From Phyllobates terribilis (Eukaryota): a stretch of DNA of 64,000 nt. Numbering within the stretch: the stretch's first letter is position 1; the number at the start of each line of letters is the position of its first letter. This document shows, piece by piece, positions 12,401 through 35,600 of this stretch. Location of the stretch: assembly GCF_046119375.1 (NCBI RefSeq), contig NW_027362768.1, positions 186,496,001 through 186,560,000 of the forward strand, written 5' to 3'. Position numbers and translations under genes: made by a program. The notes under the pieces are model-generated. The model ran no database searches, was not told the DNA's origin, and saw only the letters and a program-made list of their open reading frames with translations.

Positions 12401-15119
12401 GGGCAGTGAGTGATTGGGATGGGGGGGGGCAGTGAGTGATTGGGATGGGGGGGGGGGGCAGTGAGTGATTGGGATGGGGGGGGGCAGTGAGTGATTGGGA
12501 TGGGGGGGGGCAGTGAGTGATTGGGATGGGGGGGGGGGCAGTCAGTGATTGGGATGGGGGGGGGGGGCAGTGAGTGATTGGGATGGGGGGGGGGGGCAGT
12601 GAGTGATTGGGATGGGGGGGGCCAGTGAGTGATTGGGATGGGGGGGGGGGCGGCAGTGAGTGATTGGGATGGGGGCCAGTGATTGGGGGATTTGGACATG
12701 AAGCAGAACCTCTTGGCTTGACGGTGCAGCTCAGATTCAGTGGAGGCACAGCCAGTGAATGATGGGTGCTCGCAGCATGTGATTGGGGAAAATTAACATT
12801 TTTACGGATAGAGGTTCTGTGGGATATGGAGTCCTCTGTAGCCCACAGGGACAATGCCTGTCCATGTAAGTGTCCCCCCTACTAATCACTTGTGGTACAT
12901 AGTTGCCCATTTATATTTACAGGTGCCACCTTGTACTCTACTTCCAATGCAGCATTCTCTGGAAATATTATCTGATCACAAGGTTAATTTCCTGCCATCG
13001 TAATTGTCTGAGGTTTTTTTTTTTGCATATTTTGTAGGTACTTTCTTTTGGCTCGCACTAATCCTGATCCCAAAGCTCCAACAGGAAAAGCTTTTACCGG
13101 GTTTATCGTAGAGGCCGATAGTCCTGGAGTACAAATTGGGAGAAAGGTGAGGACTCTGACAGGTTACTGTGAAAGTCTTTGTATTTCTTGTATCCTCACT
13201 GGGGCAGGTAGTTGTATGGCGCTTGTTTTTTATGTCCTGTCCCCTTTGGGTCTGAATGCTACACCTCAGTGCACTGCAACTACAAAGTATGGGAGGATTT
13301 ATTGGTTCTCTTTGCTGCATCTGATTCCAGGAACTGAATATGGGGCAGCGCTGCTCAGACACCAGGGGAATCGTATTCGAAGATGTCCGGGTTCCCGCTG
13401 AGAACGTCCTAATCGGGGAAGGAGCCGGTTTTAAAATTGCCATGGGGGCATTTGATAAGACCCGTCCACCGGTAAAATGCTCATTCAGTATGGAGCATTC
13501 CCATCCTCTGCGATCCGAGCAGCTCGGCTAAAACGTGCTCTGTTGCAGGTGGCAGCGGGTGCCGTCGGATTGGCACAGAGGGCGCTGGATGAAGCCACGA
13601 AGTACTCGCTGGAGAGGAAGACCTTTGGAAGAATCCTTGCCGAGGTAAATGAAGGCACCGGAGGCCGGATTCTAGCCTTTAGATTAGAAATAGCAGAGAT
13701 ATAGATGGGGGGCCGGGTTTTGCCATCCTTGCATGCACCAGCCTTTTTCTGTAATCCGGACCACGTTAGTGCATGATGCTTTTTTTTTTGTTCTCGTGAT
13801 CCGGTTGGAAAATCGCACAATTAGTCTGTAAGCGAGTAGGAGTGGAAGAGATACAGACCATCAAGAGTTAACTCCATGGATCTCCACATATCATCCATCT
13901 TTTCTTTCTTTTTGTCCAGCATCAAGCAGTGTCCTTCTTACTGGCCGAGATGGCCATGAAGGTGGAGCTGGCCCGCTTAGCGTATCAGAGGGCAGCTTGG
14001 GAGGTGGATTCGGGCAGGAGGAACACTTACTACGCCTCCATCGCCAAGGCGTTTGCAGGAGACATCGCCAATCAGGTGGCTTCAGACGCCGTCCAGGTAT
14101 TTGGAGGAAATGGATTCAACAGCGAATATCCTGTGGAAAAGCTGATGAGAGACGCCAAAATCTACCAGGTAAGAGGAATGGATCTGCACGGACGAATGCC
14201 GTTACATCTAAAAATCTATGGAGTCGCTCACAATGATTGGTAATGTGTTACCGGCTTAACACCTTACTTAGTATTACGTCCTGGTGTATAGGATCTGGCT
14301 CAAAAAATACAATAAAAAGCGATCAACCCATTGTACATATCCCAAAATGGTACCAATAAAAATTGCAGCCTGTTGCAGAAAAAAAAAAAAAAAAAAACAG
14401 CCCCCATACGGCTAGGTCAGCGGAAATATAAAGAAAGCTTTGACTCCTCAGAGAAGAGGTGCAAAAAAAGAAAACTGGTGTTAAATGAATCTGTACACAG
14501 CCCCTTAATATGCTGCGGTAGTGCAGGACCGAGCGAGCACGCAGGTAACATCTCAGCCTGGTGGCTGCAGGCGGACAGAAGCGCCGGGTGCATGCACTGC
14601 TGCATCGTGGGATGCCGAACCCAGGGCAGAGATGATCAGCGGGACCTGATGAATGCTGGATCATCAGACAGATATCTGCAATGTATATAAAATGCACCCT
14701 AGGAAATGTTTATAGGGGTTGTCCAGGATTGGAAAAACATGGCTGCCTTTTCCCAGAACCAGTGCCTCACCTGCCTACAGATTGATTTCACAGCTTTGCT
14801 CCTTGTAGTGAATAAGGTCGGTATGTAATACCACACACAACCTGTAGAGAGTTGTGGCGCTGTTTTTTGTAAAAAAAATCTAATATTGGACAACCCCTTT
14901 AAGAGGGTTGGAGGCACAGTAAGGGCATTTTTATGTCACGGAGGTTGTATGGAGCTGTATCGCACACGTCCAGGTAGTGGCACCAGCCAGCATGGCGATC
15001 CTGCTGTACTCCACATGGATGTTATATTTTGGCTCTTTGTATTCCAGATCTATGAAGGCACAGCCCAGATCCAGAGGCTCATCATCGCCCGGGAACATTT
15101 TGGCAAATACAAGGAATAA
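3253..15119 (+). CDS. ACADM: Medium-chain acyl-CoA dehydrogenase, mitochondrial (whole spliced CDS span, 12 exons, 422 aa)
   Basis: Exons 3253-3276, 6309-6405, 8116-8213, 8292-8361, 8728-8828, 9818-9898, 11049-11179, 13038-13146, 13331-13471, 13549-13644, 13920-14168, 15048-15119. All introns are GT-AG and phases join to 1269 nt. Motifs: [79 protein letters not shown] (catalytic Glu in IYEG). Confidence 0.97.
3700..4060. repeat. Degenerate C-rich minisatellite in ACADM intron 1
   Basis: Recurrent CGCGTTCATCACTTC(A/C/T)GGG separated by poly-C runs. Confidence 0.8.
4120..4225 (-). mobile_element. L2-type LINE/SINE 3' tail fragment
   Basis: Near-identical to 297-358 and extends further. Confidence 0.6.
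4570..4890. repeat. Degenerate GCTGCACCT-containing tandem repeat
   Basis: GCTGCACCT/CTGCACC motif recurs about every 30-40 bp. Confidence 0.6.
6309..6405 (+). CDS. ACADM: ACADM exon 2 ([13 protein letters not shown]...PGFNF)
   Basis: tttcag acceptor, G|GTAAGT donor; resembles the transit peptide and GFSF segment of MCAD. Confidence 0.92.
6525..7815. repeat. Compound minisatellite in ACADM intron 2: 40/45-bp units grading into 35-bp units
   Basis: GGTGATGGGGAGTCAACGACGGGGCCGCAGGTTATACA(CTACA)CC, then CCGGGGAGGGGGTTACGGGGCCGGGAGGTTATACA. Confidence 0.92.
8116..8213 (+). CDS. ACADM: ACADM exon 3
   Basis: [33 protein letters not shown]; 98 nt, AG/GT borders. Confidence 0.96.
8292..8361 (+). 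CDS. ACADM: ACADM exon 4
   Basis: [23 protein letters not shown]; 70 nt. Confidence 0.96.
8728..8828 (+). CDS. ACADM: ACADM exon 5
   Basis: [33 protein letters not shown]; 101 nt. Confidence 0.96.
8923..9764. repeat. 86-bp tandem repeat, ~10 copies, ACADM intron 5
   Basis: GAATAGTGAGTGCAGCTCTGGAGTATAATACAGGATGTAACTCAGGATCAGTAATGTAATG...; ORF track recurs every 86 bp. Confidence 0.95.
9818..9898 (+). CDS. ACADM: ACADM exon 6
   Basis: [27 protein letters not shown]; 81 nt. Confidence 0.96.
9975..10959 (+). mobile_element. Decayed, internally deleted Tc1-like element in ACADM intron 6
   Basis: TA-flanked degenerate TIRs (CAGCATCGGTCACAAATTTGG / CCAAACTTTTGACCGGTGCG); transposase HTH remnant near 10370-10600 ([14 protein letters not shown]...GRPR-like). 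Confidence 0.7.
11049..11179 (+). CDS. ACADM: ACADM exon 7
   Basis: [44 protein letters not shown]; 131 nt, weak donor GTCAGA. Confidence 0.95.
11635..12690 (+). repeat. G-rich minisatellite (GGGATG{n}CAGTGAGTGATT), about 35-40 units, ACADM intron 7
   Basis: Directly visible; G-run length varies between units. Confidence 0.93.
13038..13146 (+). CDS. ACADM: ACADM exon 8
   Basis: [36 protein letters not shown]; 109 nt. Confidence 0.96.
13331..13471 (+). CDS. ACADM: ACADM exon 9
   Basis: [47 protein letters not shown]; 141 nt. Confidence 0.96.
13549..13644 (+). CDS. ACADM: ACADM exon 10
   Basis: [32 protein letters not shown]; 96 nt, preceded by a 77-nt intron. Confidence 0.96.
13920..14168 (+). 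CDS. ACADM: ACADM exon 11
   Basis: [27 protein letters not shown]...RDAKIYQ; 249 nt. Confidence 0.97.
14712..14902. mobile_element. Kolobok/T2-type MITE
   Basis: AGGGGTTGTCC...GGACAACCCCT termini with TATA/TTAA flanks. Confidence 0.6.
15048..15119 (+). CDS. ACADM: ACADM exon 12 (to stop)
   Basis: [23 protein letters not shown]. Confidence 0.96.
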   Translation: MYEGTAQIQRLIIAREHFGKYKE

Positions 15120-15315
15120 AGAATCTGCAGTCTCCGCTCTGGACTATTCTTCACCCCCGGCCTTAATAACAAGCTTAGTTTCTGCACTTTGTACTTTATG
15201 ACAGATGAACTCTTGATTTGTAGCTATAGGTTTTATAATGTTCTGCACAAATGAGTGTCATCGTATCAGAACTGCACATGAAAATGCTAATATTAATCCA
15301 TCCAAAAATTGTAAA

Positions 15316-15321
15316 AATAAA
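15316..15321 (+). terminator. Candidate ACADM polyadenylation signal
   Basis: AATAAA about 200 nt after the stop, with T-rich sequence downstream. Confidence 0.5.
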
Positions 15322-17184
15322 GTTTCTAAAAACTGATATTCAAGATTTCTTTTTTATTTGGAGGAAAAAAAGTTAAAAAAAAAAAAAAATACATGTGAAC
15401 TGCTTGTAATAACCGCTCGCTGATGCAGATTGCATTTGCCTGGACTGGCTGCCGGCACAACCCAAAATATTTGATCTCCTGTATTAAGAAAGGGACTTTA
15501 TCTCCATAGATCCCGTTCATCGTGATGGTCTGAGATCGCAGACTCCTCCAATGTGGCCTCATCATATGTGTCTATCATGGATCAGAGCTTTTATTTTGGT
15601 GAATTTCCCCTTTAACATTGTGTTCAGAGCAGTTAACAAAGATATGAAGAGTCATTACTTTACACTGCAGCTTATGGGAAGAAGCAGTAAACTAAAGCCA
15701 CCAGTATCCTCCGCACCCTAATACCAGTAGTAAGCAGAGTGCATGTGTCTGCGGGTCTCCCCTGTATTGACCACTGAAGAAGGACGTAAGGGGGGCACTA
15801 GGCTTCTCTTATGATTGCATTTTTTACTTATCTTCTTTTGATTGGTTTTCCTAAAGGTACAATAGGCCAAAAAAAAAACACAGGGGAAGTGGGATATAAG
15901 CGCAAACGATGCTGACATGGGCAAAGGTATAAAAGGATATTCCCATCCATAGAAGTAGGTGATAACTTGTTGATCAGTGGGGGTCTGACCACTGGGAAAC
16001 CTAAGGGTGTGTGCAGAGGGTCAACATTTGCTGCAGCAAAATCTGTTGCAAATACTGGAGAAATACAAAGCATAAATCAGGCACAGGTTTTGTGTGTGTT
16101 CCCCCCCCCCCCCCCCATTCATTTGATGAGGTGAAAAACACTGCAAAAATATTCACATTCTGCAGATATGAAACGGCTTCAGATCTGCAAGGAAAAAATG
16201 AGCAGTGTGTGCACAAGACTTCAGAAACCTCATTCACTTTGCTGGTACAGTAAAACGCTGTTATTTTTTTTCTGGCAGAAACGCAACATGTGAACGTACC
16301 TTACCAGCCTTGAGACTGGGGTTCTGAAATGCCCTGTCTCAATGGAGAGAAGCCAGACATGCACACAACCGCTTTTATTTATTCTCTGGGGCTGCTAGAA
16401 AAGCACAAGCGCTGTACTCCTCCGTCTCCTACCATCCCATGAATGAAGTGCTGGTGCTCAAGTCTGGCCATGGCCCCACTATCAGTATTTTTTTCTCAGG
16501 AGTGGGTGATAAATGCAGAATTGGTGACTTGTTTCTATTCTACCTTTTTCTCTGATTGTTCCTCTCCTGGTTTTGGCTCCCACTCCTGAGAAAAAATACT
16601 GACCGGATACTGATAGAGGGGCCGTGGCCTTAGACTGCTCATATCTGGATTGTTGGGGTCCTAGTATTTGGAACTCCTCAAATCAGATATGGAGAGGTGA
16701 TAACTTGTAAAGATGGATTAACCCTTATGTGCAACGGATAAAAGCGTGACACGTCCTGGATCAGCCGCGGATGTAGCACCATCTAATGAAGTAAATCCAT
16801 TCCGTGTGGCCGCTCACTGCAGCGTCTGATCTTATCTCAGATCTTTATTTTCTCCGCAATGTGGTTTCAAATCCTCGCCGGGAGTAAATGGAGCCGGATC
16901 ACTGTGGCGTGGATTCCTACTGAAAAAGATGGAAACTCCAGTGAGCTGACGGGAGAAGCTCCAGATTGCTGAGCAGGACTGTGAGACGTGTAGACACAGC
17001 CCGCGGCTCTGGCACATTGCGGAGGACCAGTGGATCATGTCCACAGGGGCCACGGGAGGAAAAAATCAGCTCACCTGGAGTCTGTGCGGGAAAGTGACAA
17101 TGTGAGAAGAGAGTGATTACTGCACCATGAACTTAGACACTTTCTCACATGCCCAAAAAGAGGACGCCGGCTAATCGCTATGTC

Positions 17185-19780
17185 TATGGGGGGCACCCCG
17201 GCTGTCGTGGGCTCGGTCACTGTGGGGGCACCCTGGCTGTCGTGGGCTTGGTCACTGTGGGGGCACCCCGGCTGTCATTATGCAGGCTTGGTCACTGTGG
17301 GTGCACCCTGGCTGTCATTATGTGGGGGCACCCCGGGTGTCATTCTGCAGGCTCGGTCACTGTGGGTGCACCCTCGCTGTCATTATGTGGAGGCACCCCG
17401 GCTGTCATTATGTGCGGGCACCCTGGCTGTCATTATGTGGAGGCACCCCGGCTGTCATTATGCAGGCTTGGTCACTGTGGTTGCACCCTGGCTGTCATTA
17501 TGTGGGGGCACCCTGGCTGTCATTATGTGGGCTCGGTCTCTGTGGGGGCACCCTGGCTGTAATTATGCAGGCTCGGTCACTGTGGGGGCACCCTGGCTGT
17601 CATTATGTGGAGGCACCCTGGCTGTCATTACGCATGCTCGGTCACTGTGGGGGCACCCTGGTTGTCATTATGTGGAGGCACCCCGGCTGTCATTAGACAG
17701 GCTCGGTCACTGTGGAGGCACCCTGGCTGTCATTATGTGGAGGCACCCCGGCTGTCATTACGCAGGCTCGGTCACTGTGGGGGCACCCTGGCTGTCATTA
17801 TGTGGGGGCACCCCCGCTGTCATTAGGCAGGCTCGGTCACGGTGGGTGCACCCTGGCTGTCATTATGTGGGGGCACCCCGGCTGTCATTGTGCAGGCTTG
17901 GTCACTGTGGGGGCACCCTGGCTGTCATTACGTATGCTCGGTCACTGTGGGGGCACCCTGGCTGTCATTATGCAGGCTCTGTCAGTGTGGGGGCACCCTG
18001 GCTGTCATTATGCAGGCTCGGTCACTGTGGGGGCACCCCAGCTGTCATTATGCAGGCTCGGTCACTGTGGGGGCACCCCGGCTGTCATTATGCAGGCTCG
18101 GTTACTGTGGGGGCACCCTGGCTGTCATTACGCAGGCTCGGTCACTGTGGGGGCACTCTGGCTGTCATTATGCAGGCTCGGTTACTGTGGGGGCACCCTG
18201 GCTGTCACTATGTGGGGGCACCCTGGCTGTCATTATGCAGGCTCGGTTACTGTGGGGGCACTCTGGCTGTCATTATGCAGGCTCGGTTACTGTGGGGGCA
18301 CCCTGGCTGTCACTATGTGGGGGCACCCTGGCTGTCATTAGACAGGCTCGGTTACTGTCGGGGCACCCCCGCTGTCATTACGCAGGCTCGGTCACTGTGG
18401 GGGCACTCTGGCTGTCATTATGCAGGCTCGGTCACTGTGGGGGCACCCCGGCTGTCATTATGCAGGCTCGGTCACTGTGGGGGCACTCTGGCTGTCATTA
18501 TGCAGGCTCGGTCACTGTGGGGGCACCCCGGCTGTCATTATGCAGGCTCGGTCACTGTGGGGGCACTCTGGCTGTCATTATGCAGGCTCGGTCACTGTGG
18601 GGGCACCCCGGCTGTCATTATGCAGGCTCGGTCACTGTGGGGGCACTTTGGCTGTCATTACGCAGGCTCGGTCACTGTGGGGGCACTCTGGCTGTCATTA
18701 TGCAGGCTCGGTCACTGTGGGGGCACCCCGGCTGTCATTATGCAGGCTCGGTCACTGTGGGGGCACTTTGGCTGTCATTACGCAGGCTCGGTCACTGTGG
18801 GGGCACTCTGGCTGTCATTATACAGGCTCGGTTACTGTGGGGGCACCCCCGCTGTCATTACGCAGGCTCGGTCACTGTGGGGGCACTCTGGCTGTCATTA
18901 TGCAGGCTCGGTCACTGTGGGGGCACCCCGGCTGTCATTATGCAGGCTCGGTCACTGTGGGGGCACTCTGGCTGTCATTATGCAGGCTCAGTCACTGTGG
19001 GGGCACTCTGGCTGTCATTATACAGGCTCGGTTACTGTGGGGGCACCCCCGCTGTCATTACGCAGGCTCGGTCACTGTGGGGGCACTCTGGCTGTCATTA
19101 TGCAGGCTCGGTCACTGTGGGGGCACCCCGGCTGTCATTATACAGGCTCGGTTACTGTGGGGGCACCCCCGCTGTCATTACGCAGGCTCGGTCACTGTGG
19201 GGGCACTCTGGCTGTCATTATGCAGGCTCGATCACTGTGGGGGCACCCCGGCTGTCATTATGCAGGCTCGGTCACTGTGGGGGCACTCTGGCTGTCATTA
19301 CGCAGGCTCGGTCACTGTGGGGGCACCCTGGCTGTCATTATGCAGGCTCGGTCACTGTGGGGGCACCCTGGCTGTCATTATGCAGGCTCGGTCACTGTGG
19401 GGGCACTCTGGCTGTCATTACGCAGGCTCGGTTACTGTGGGGGCACCCTGGCTGTCACTATGTGGGGGCACCCCGGCTGTCATTATGCAGGCTCGGTCAC
19501 TGTGGGGGCACTCTGGCTGTCATTATGCAGGCTCGGTTACTGTGGGGGCACCCTGGCTGTCACTATGTGGGGGCACCCCGGCTGTCATTATGCAGGCTCG
19601 GTCACTGTGGGGGCACTCTGGCTGTCATTATGCAGGCTCGGTCACTGTGGGGGCACCCCAGCTGTCATTATGCAGGCTCGGTCACTGTGGGGGCACCCCA
19701 GCTGTCATTATGCAGGCTCGGTCACTGTGGGGGCACCCCGGCTGTCATTATGCAGGCTCGGTTACTGGAGGGGCACTCTG
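17185..19780. repeat. 2.6-kb 40-bp satellite (with 23-bp variants) upstream of RABGGTB
   Basis: GGCTGTCATTATGCAGGCTCGGTCACTGTGGGGGCACCCC, 40-bp period visible at 18421 onward. Confidence 0.96.
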
Positions 19781-20126
19781 ACTCTGGCTGACCATCCTGT
19801 GACCGGATCATCATTTTCGGGGTGTGGTGGTGACAGAATGACAGCAGGACAGGCATCACACCGGACAGCCCTAATAATAAGTCCCTGCTAGGACTGGTCA
19901 CGTGATGACAGCGGGGGCCTCCCTGTGGAGAGCTGTCCTCCTCTCAGCCGGTGCTGATCAGTATCACACAGCGCTATGTGCGCCTCATAGAACAGGCAGC
20001 GCCGTCCCCAGTCTGCACCACAGAGTGCGGACAGGCAGCGGGGTGGACGCCTATGTCACATTCCTCCAATCCACGTCCAGCAGCGGGGTCCTGCAGTGAC
20101 TGTCAGCAGCTCCGCCCAGCCCGGTG

Positions 20127-30686
<10,560 letters not shown>

Positions 30687-30917
30687 GACCTGCAGGAGCA
30701 GAAGCGTCGCCAGGATCAGCTGCCATTGTCTCCACTCTCCAACACTGTAGATAGAGCGAGGGGACGGGGTTGGGAACGTAGGGTCTCTGCTCATTGTAAA
30801 GCCTTTAATTTAAATTGTTTTTTTTTTTTCTTATGTTTTTACGAGCTGCCACATTGTTGACTTCAGTGGCTGAACGTTCTGTATCTAAGCCTATTACTTA
30901 CTGTGCAAAGGGAGCGC

Positions 30918-30923
30918 AATAAA
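30918..30923 (+). terminator. Candidate RABGGTB polyadenylation signal
   Basis: AATAAA about 230 nt after the stop. Confidence 0.45.
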
Positions 30924-31579
30924 GGTGAACGTGCAGAAGAACGTGAGACTGGAAACCGAGACGCCATGCTTCCGAGTCTTTCATAATGCCGCTTTCTTAT
31001 GTAGACCCTTGCATCGAGGGAGTAAAGGTGCCGGTGTGTGGAGCAGGGAACCCAGCTGTGTTATACAGCCAGCATCTGCCTCTAGCAGCAGAGATCGGAG
31101 CTGGTTCCCAGAACTGCTGTTTAACCACTTAGATGCTAAGTGTTGTGATCAATGAGGGGTACTGATGGTTCGCTATAGCCCCCATCGCTGCCATCCTGGT
31201 ACAAACCGTGGCGTTTAACTAGAACATGCGATTGTGCAATTTTGGGGCACCGATTGGTTCCAGTGGCAGCTGGGGGTCTACTGAAGGCGCCGCTGCTGCC
31301 ATCTTGGTCCTCTTGTTAAGCTTGGCCACTGGTTGGGCTTCATGGGAGACTGAGATTTTCACTGTATACTACAATACTAAATGATCAAACAATTGTGAGT
31401 TAAAGGGAATTCAAAGATTAAGTTAAAAAGGTGAAAAAAAAAAAGAAAATCAAAATCATCCTTCTTTTACCCCATTCGAAATAAATAAAAATAAACATGG
31501 TATCACCACTGGTCTATCATTTTTTTTTCGACATTAGTCGCCATATCGGCATTTTTTTTTCTTTACTTTTGAAAAAATC

Positions 31580-32324
31580 CCTAGCACAACCCTAACCCTA
31601 GCACAACCCCAACCCCAACCCTAACCCTAGCACAACCCCAACCCTAACCCTAGAGTTTATTTTTTTACGCCGTTCCTCGTGCGATATAAGTGATTAGACG
31701 ACTTTATTCTTTGGGTCGGTGCGATTACAGCGATACTAGATTCATATCGGGTTTTTATGATTTACAGCTGTCCCACACTAAAAGACGCTTTTTTTTGCAT
31801 CGCCATATTTTGAGAGCTATAATTTTTCCATATTTTGGCCGACAGAGTCATGTGACTCCTTGTTTTTTGTGGGACAAGTTGACGTTTTTATTGGTACCAT
31901 TTTCGGGCATGTGACATTTTTTTGATCGCTTTCCATTCCGATTTTTTGGTCATGCACTGCGCATGACCAAAGTAATTTCCTGCTGTCTGGTGACCCGGAT
32001 GTTGTCATGACAACATCCGGGAGCCACCGCAGACATCGCTGGAGGCTGGAGAGGAGGTAAATATCGGCGCTTACCTCCCCCCTTGCCCCCGCAATGCTGC
32101 GATCGACTTCGATCGCATCATTTCGGGGGTTAATGTGCCAGGAGCGGTGCGGGGCCGCTCCCTGCACATATCACCGGGTGTCAGCTGTGACAATCAGCTG
32201 ACACCCGGCGGTGATCACCCCTCACCCTGTGTGTGCGGGCGCGATCGCAGCGCGCATAACACGAAGCTGTTCCATAAGGCCCAGGGCGCAGCTACGTACT
32301 ATTACTGACTTGGTCGGAAAGGGG
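31580..32324 (-). mobile_element. Terminal fragment of the piggyBac-type non-autonomous family seen at 38540-42122, opposite orientation
   Basis: 31650-31760 matches the reverse complement of 39850-39960; ends AAAGGGG followed by CTAA (decayed TTAA); carries CCCTAA-like repeats at 31581-31653. Confidence 0.75.
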
Positions 32325-32663
32325 CTAAAAAATTGGTAAAATTCTATTAAAACATCATGTCTACCTTAGGTTGGTATCAATAAAACCATGAGTTCGCCAC
32401 ACAAAGAACAAGCCCCCACCCAGCTTGAATAAAAGAGAGATAAAAATGTTACAGGTCTCGAAAAATGGAAAAACACAATTTTTTTTTTAAGTGCAGAAAA
32501 AAAAAAGAATGGTATCACCATAATGTTACTGACCGGAAATATCATGATTGAGTCCTTGTTACTACCGAATAAATGCTTACAATATCATAAAAGAAAAATA
32601 ACAGTGTTCATATGTCCACCATGTTAAATTAAGACCTATACATAAGAAATAAGAACCATGGTA

Positions 32664-35600
32664 TCATAAAATATAACATTTATTGTTAGGATAAGATAAA
32701 ATCACATAAAATGTTAAAAAGGATTAGGCCAATCAGAAACGTCCATAATGGGCAGTCAATTTGGAACATCTGTGTGTGGGCATATTTGCATGGTGCCATG
32801 CTGCTGATCGTAACCTCCTCGGGCGAGCTGCGTCTCCGTGGAGCGCCGCACCTCCGTGCAAGGTGGGGTCATATAACAAAACAGCATGGGGCACATATAT
32901 GCAAATATTGTAAATGCATTACTGGGAGCTATTTTAATTCTTTAACCTATAAAGAGAAGTTCATATGCACTGATGAAATGACGCTCTGGAAAATGACCAA
33001 CTCTGAAAAAATAAACAGCAAATGTCAGGCGAAAGAACTGGAGACCAAGAAAGGCAATCAAGGAGTTACAACAACTCCATGATATCATCATCATCAAACC
33101 CTCAGACAAGGGTGGCAATGTGGTCCTAGGGCCAGTCACTATGTACGTGCAGGAGGCTAAAAAACAACTGGGAGATGCAAGGACATACAAAAAAAACTCA
33201 CTTTCAACCCTTTATCTAAATATCAGGCTGAACTTTTACTGATCCTGAAAGATGCAGAAACCAAAGGTACCATCACTAAGAAAGAATCAGAATGTCTATT
33301 TAACAAGAATCCACTCATTGCTACGTTCTATTTCTTCTCTTTGATTCCTAAAATCCACAAGAATCCCATCAACCCTCCAGGTAGGCCGATTGTTTCGGGT
33401 GTCGAAAATTTCTGTGAACCAATATGTAAATTTATCGATCATATACTACGACCATGGGTCCAAACACTTCCTTCTTATCTTCAGCATACTGCTGATCTGC
33501 TCAGGAGGGTTGATGGCATTCATGTGGATGATGATGTCCTGATGGTCACTTGTGATGGGGAATCTCTTTACACCTCGATAAATCATGATGATGGTCTTAA
33601 GGCGGTTGAAACATTTCTTACAAATGTCCAGCTTAAATGGTGAGTTACAAGATTTGGTCATGAATTTGTTACAGTTTGCACTTAGTCATAACTTTTTTCT
33701 TTTTCGTGATTCCTTCTTCCTACAGCTTCGGGGCACGGCTATGGGGGCGGCATGCGCCCCTTCATATGCCAATCTGTTCCTGGGGCTGTGAGAGAGAGAA
33801 ATCTTCATGACCAATCCAATACCCCAAATTAATCGCATTTTATTTTGGGGTAGATACATCGACGACATTTTTTTCTTATGGCAGGGTCCCGTCGAAGGTA
33901 TCGCATCCTTCATCAACACTCTGAACAGAAATGAGTTGAATATCAAATTAACTTTTAAGACAGGAAGACACAAGATGGATTTCTTGGACATTCTGTTGGA
34001 TATTGATACTAATGGCTACATTCAGACGGACGTCTACCGTAAGCCCACATCAGTGAATACACTTCTTCACGCTGAATCATCGCATCCCAAAAGTATTATA
34101 AAAAGTATCCCTACCGGACAATTTCTGCAAATACGGCACATCTGCTCCAGTAACACTAAATTTGAACATTAAGCTGTAGATCTAAAAAACAGTAGGGATA
34201 CAGTGACAGAGACATTCAGTCAGGGTATCATAGGGCCAAATTTTCAAAACGGAAAGAAATTCTCTACAATCCTCGGAAAAAGGACAACGAAGATGTTGTG
34301 CGTTTTATCTCCACATTCAATGTAAGGAATGGTGAAATGTGGCAAGCACTCAAGAAACATGGAGAATATTACAACTTGATCCAATTCTCTCTTCTCATCT
34401 TTCAAACAATCATGCTATTACATATAGATGCTCCAAAAAAATGGAAAGATCTTTTGGTGAAGAGCCACCTGGGGGGGGGCCAGCAGCTAAGGGTCTGTTT
34501 GGATCTAAGGGCCCAAGCTGGGGCTGCCACCCGTGTGGCTCTTGTGTAGCGTGCCCCAATATAGAGACTACGAAAATCTTTACAAATTCGAAAGGTACAA
34601 AGCAGAACAAGATTACTCATACTATCACATGTACCACGGTTGGGGTGATTTACCGTGCTAAGTGCCCTTGCAACAAAATATATGTAGGCCTTACATCAAG
34701 AGAACTCTGAAGAAGAACTAGAGAACATGTCCTAGATATCAAGGCAGCGAAAGAGATTGACAATTTGGATGAGCTTAAGACGTTACCACGTCACTTTAAG
34801 AAATTCCACAACAGTGACCCTTCTGGTCTCCAGGTGAGTGGTTTTGATAGGGTCTACAAAGGCACTAGAGGAGGGAACTGGAAAAGATCCTGGCACAGAA
34901 GGAGGCAAGGTGGATGACTGTGTTGAACACCTTGACTCCCCATGGTCTCAATGAGACAAATAGTTTAGTATAATTTCTTTAATGCTGGTGGGTGGTGCTT
35001 AGTGGAGTACATTGCATTAAGGTCATTTTATTTCTATTTTGTTTTAATTGTTTTTTATTCTTTAACACTTACGTTTTCTTCTTTTAGTTCTTTCGCCTGA
35101 CGTTTGCTGTTTATTTATTCGGAGTTGGTCATTTTCCAGAGCGTCATTATATCAGTGCATATGAACTTCTCTTTATATTTTAAAGAATTAAAATACCTCC
35201 CAGTAATGCATTTATAATATTTGCATATATGTGCCCCATGCTGTTTTGTTATACAAATATATCTTTTATCTCATCATATTTATCACTTTGTATTCACTAG
35301 CACAACTGCACTTTATGGGTTATATCATATGGTAGGTGTTACTATATATCGTATGTTATACATATTTTTTTCACACAGTATATATTTTCCCATAATGTTT
35401 TTGCGCTATTATCACCATTTCTCCGGTATCTTGTTATCAACTTCCATTGCGGTTTATACTTTATACTCTTTTATATACCTTACTATTTACATATTTGCAA
35501 ATTGAATGGTTATTATTATATATTATGTGACAGCATTTTTGTGGCACGCTTGTAATTTGTTTATCTTCATACCCCCGAGCCTGGCCTCCCTCTCTCTTTT

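Noticed and set aside
11617-12854. Pro/His-rich 360- and 406-aa ORFs on the - strand
   Set aside because: Artefacts of the G-rich minisatellite.
17180-19891. 903-, 649- and 453-aa ORFs
   Set aside because: Translations of the 40/23-bp satellite, open in several frames, with no protein features or splice context.
31581-31653. Telomere-like CCCTAA repeats
   Set aside because: Degenerate and part of the piggyBac-type family (matching TTAGGG-like stretch near 39960), not a true interstitial telomere.
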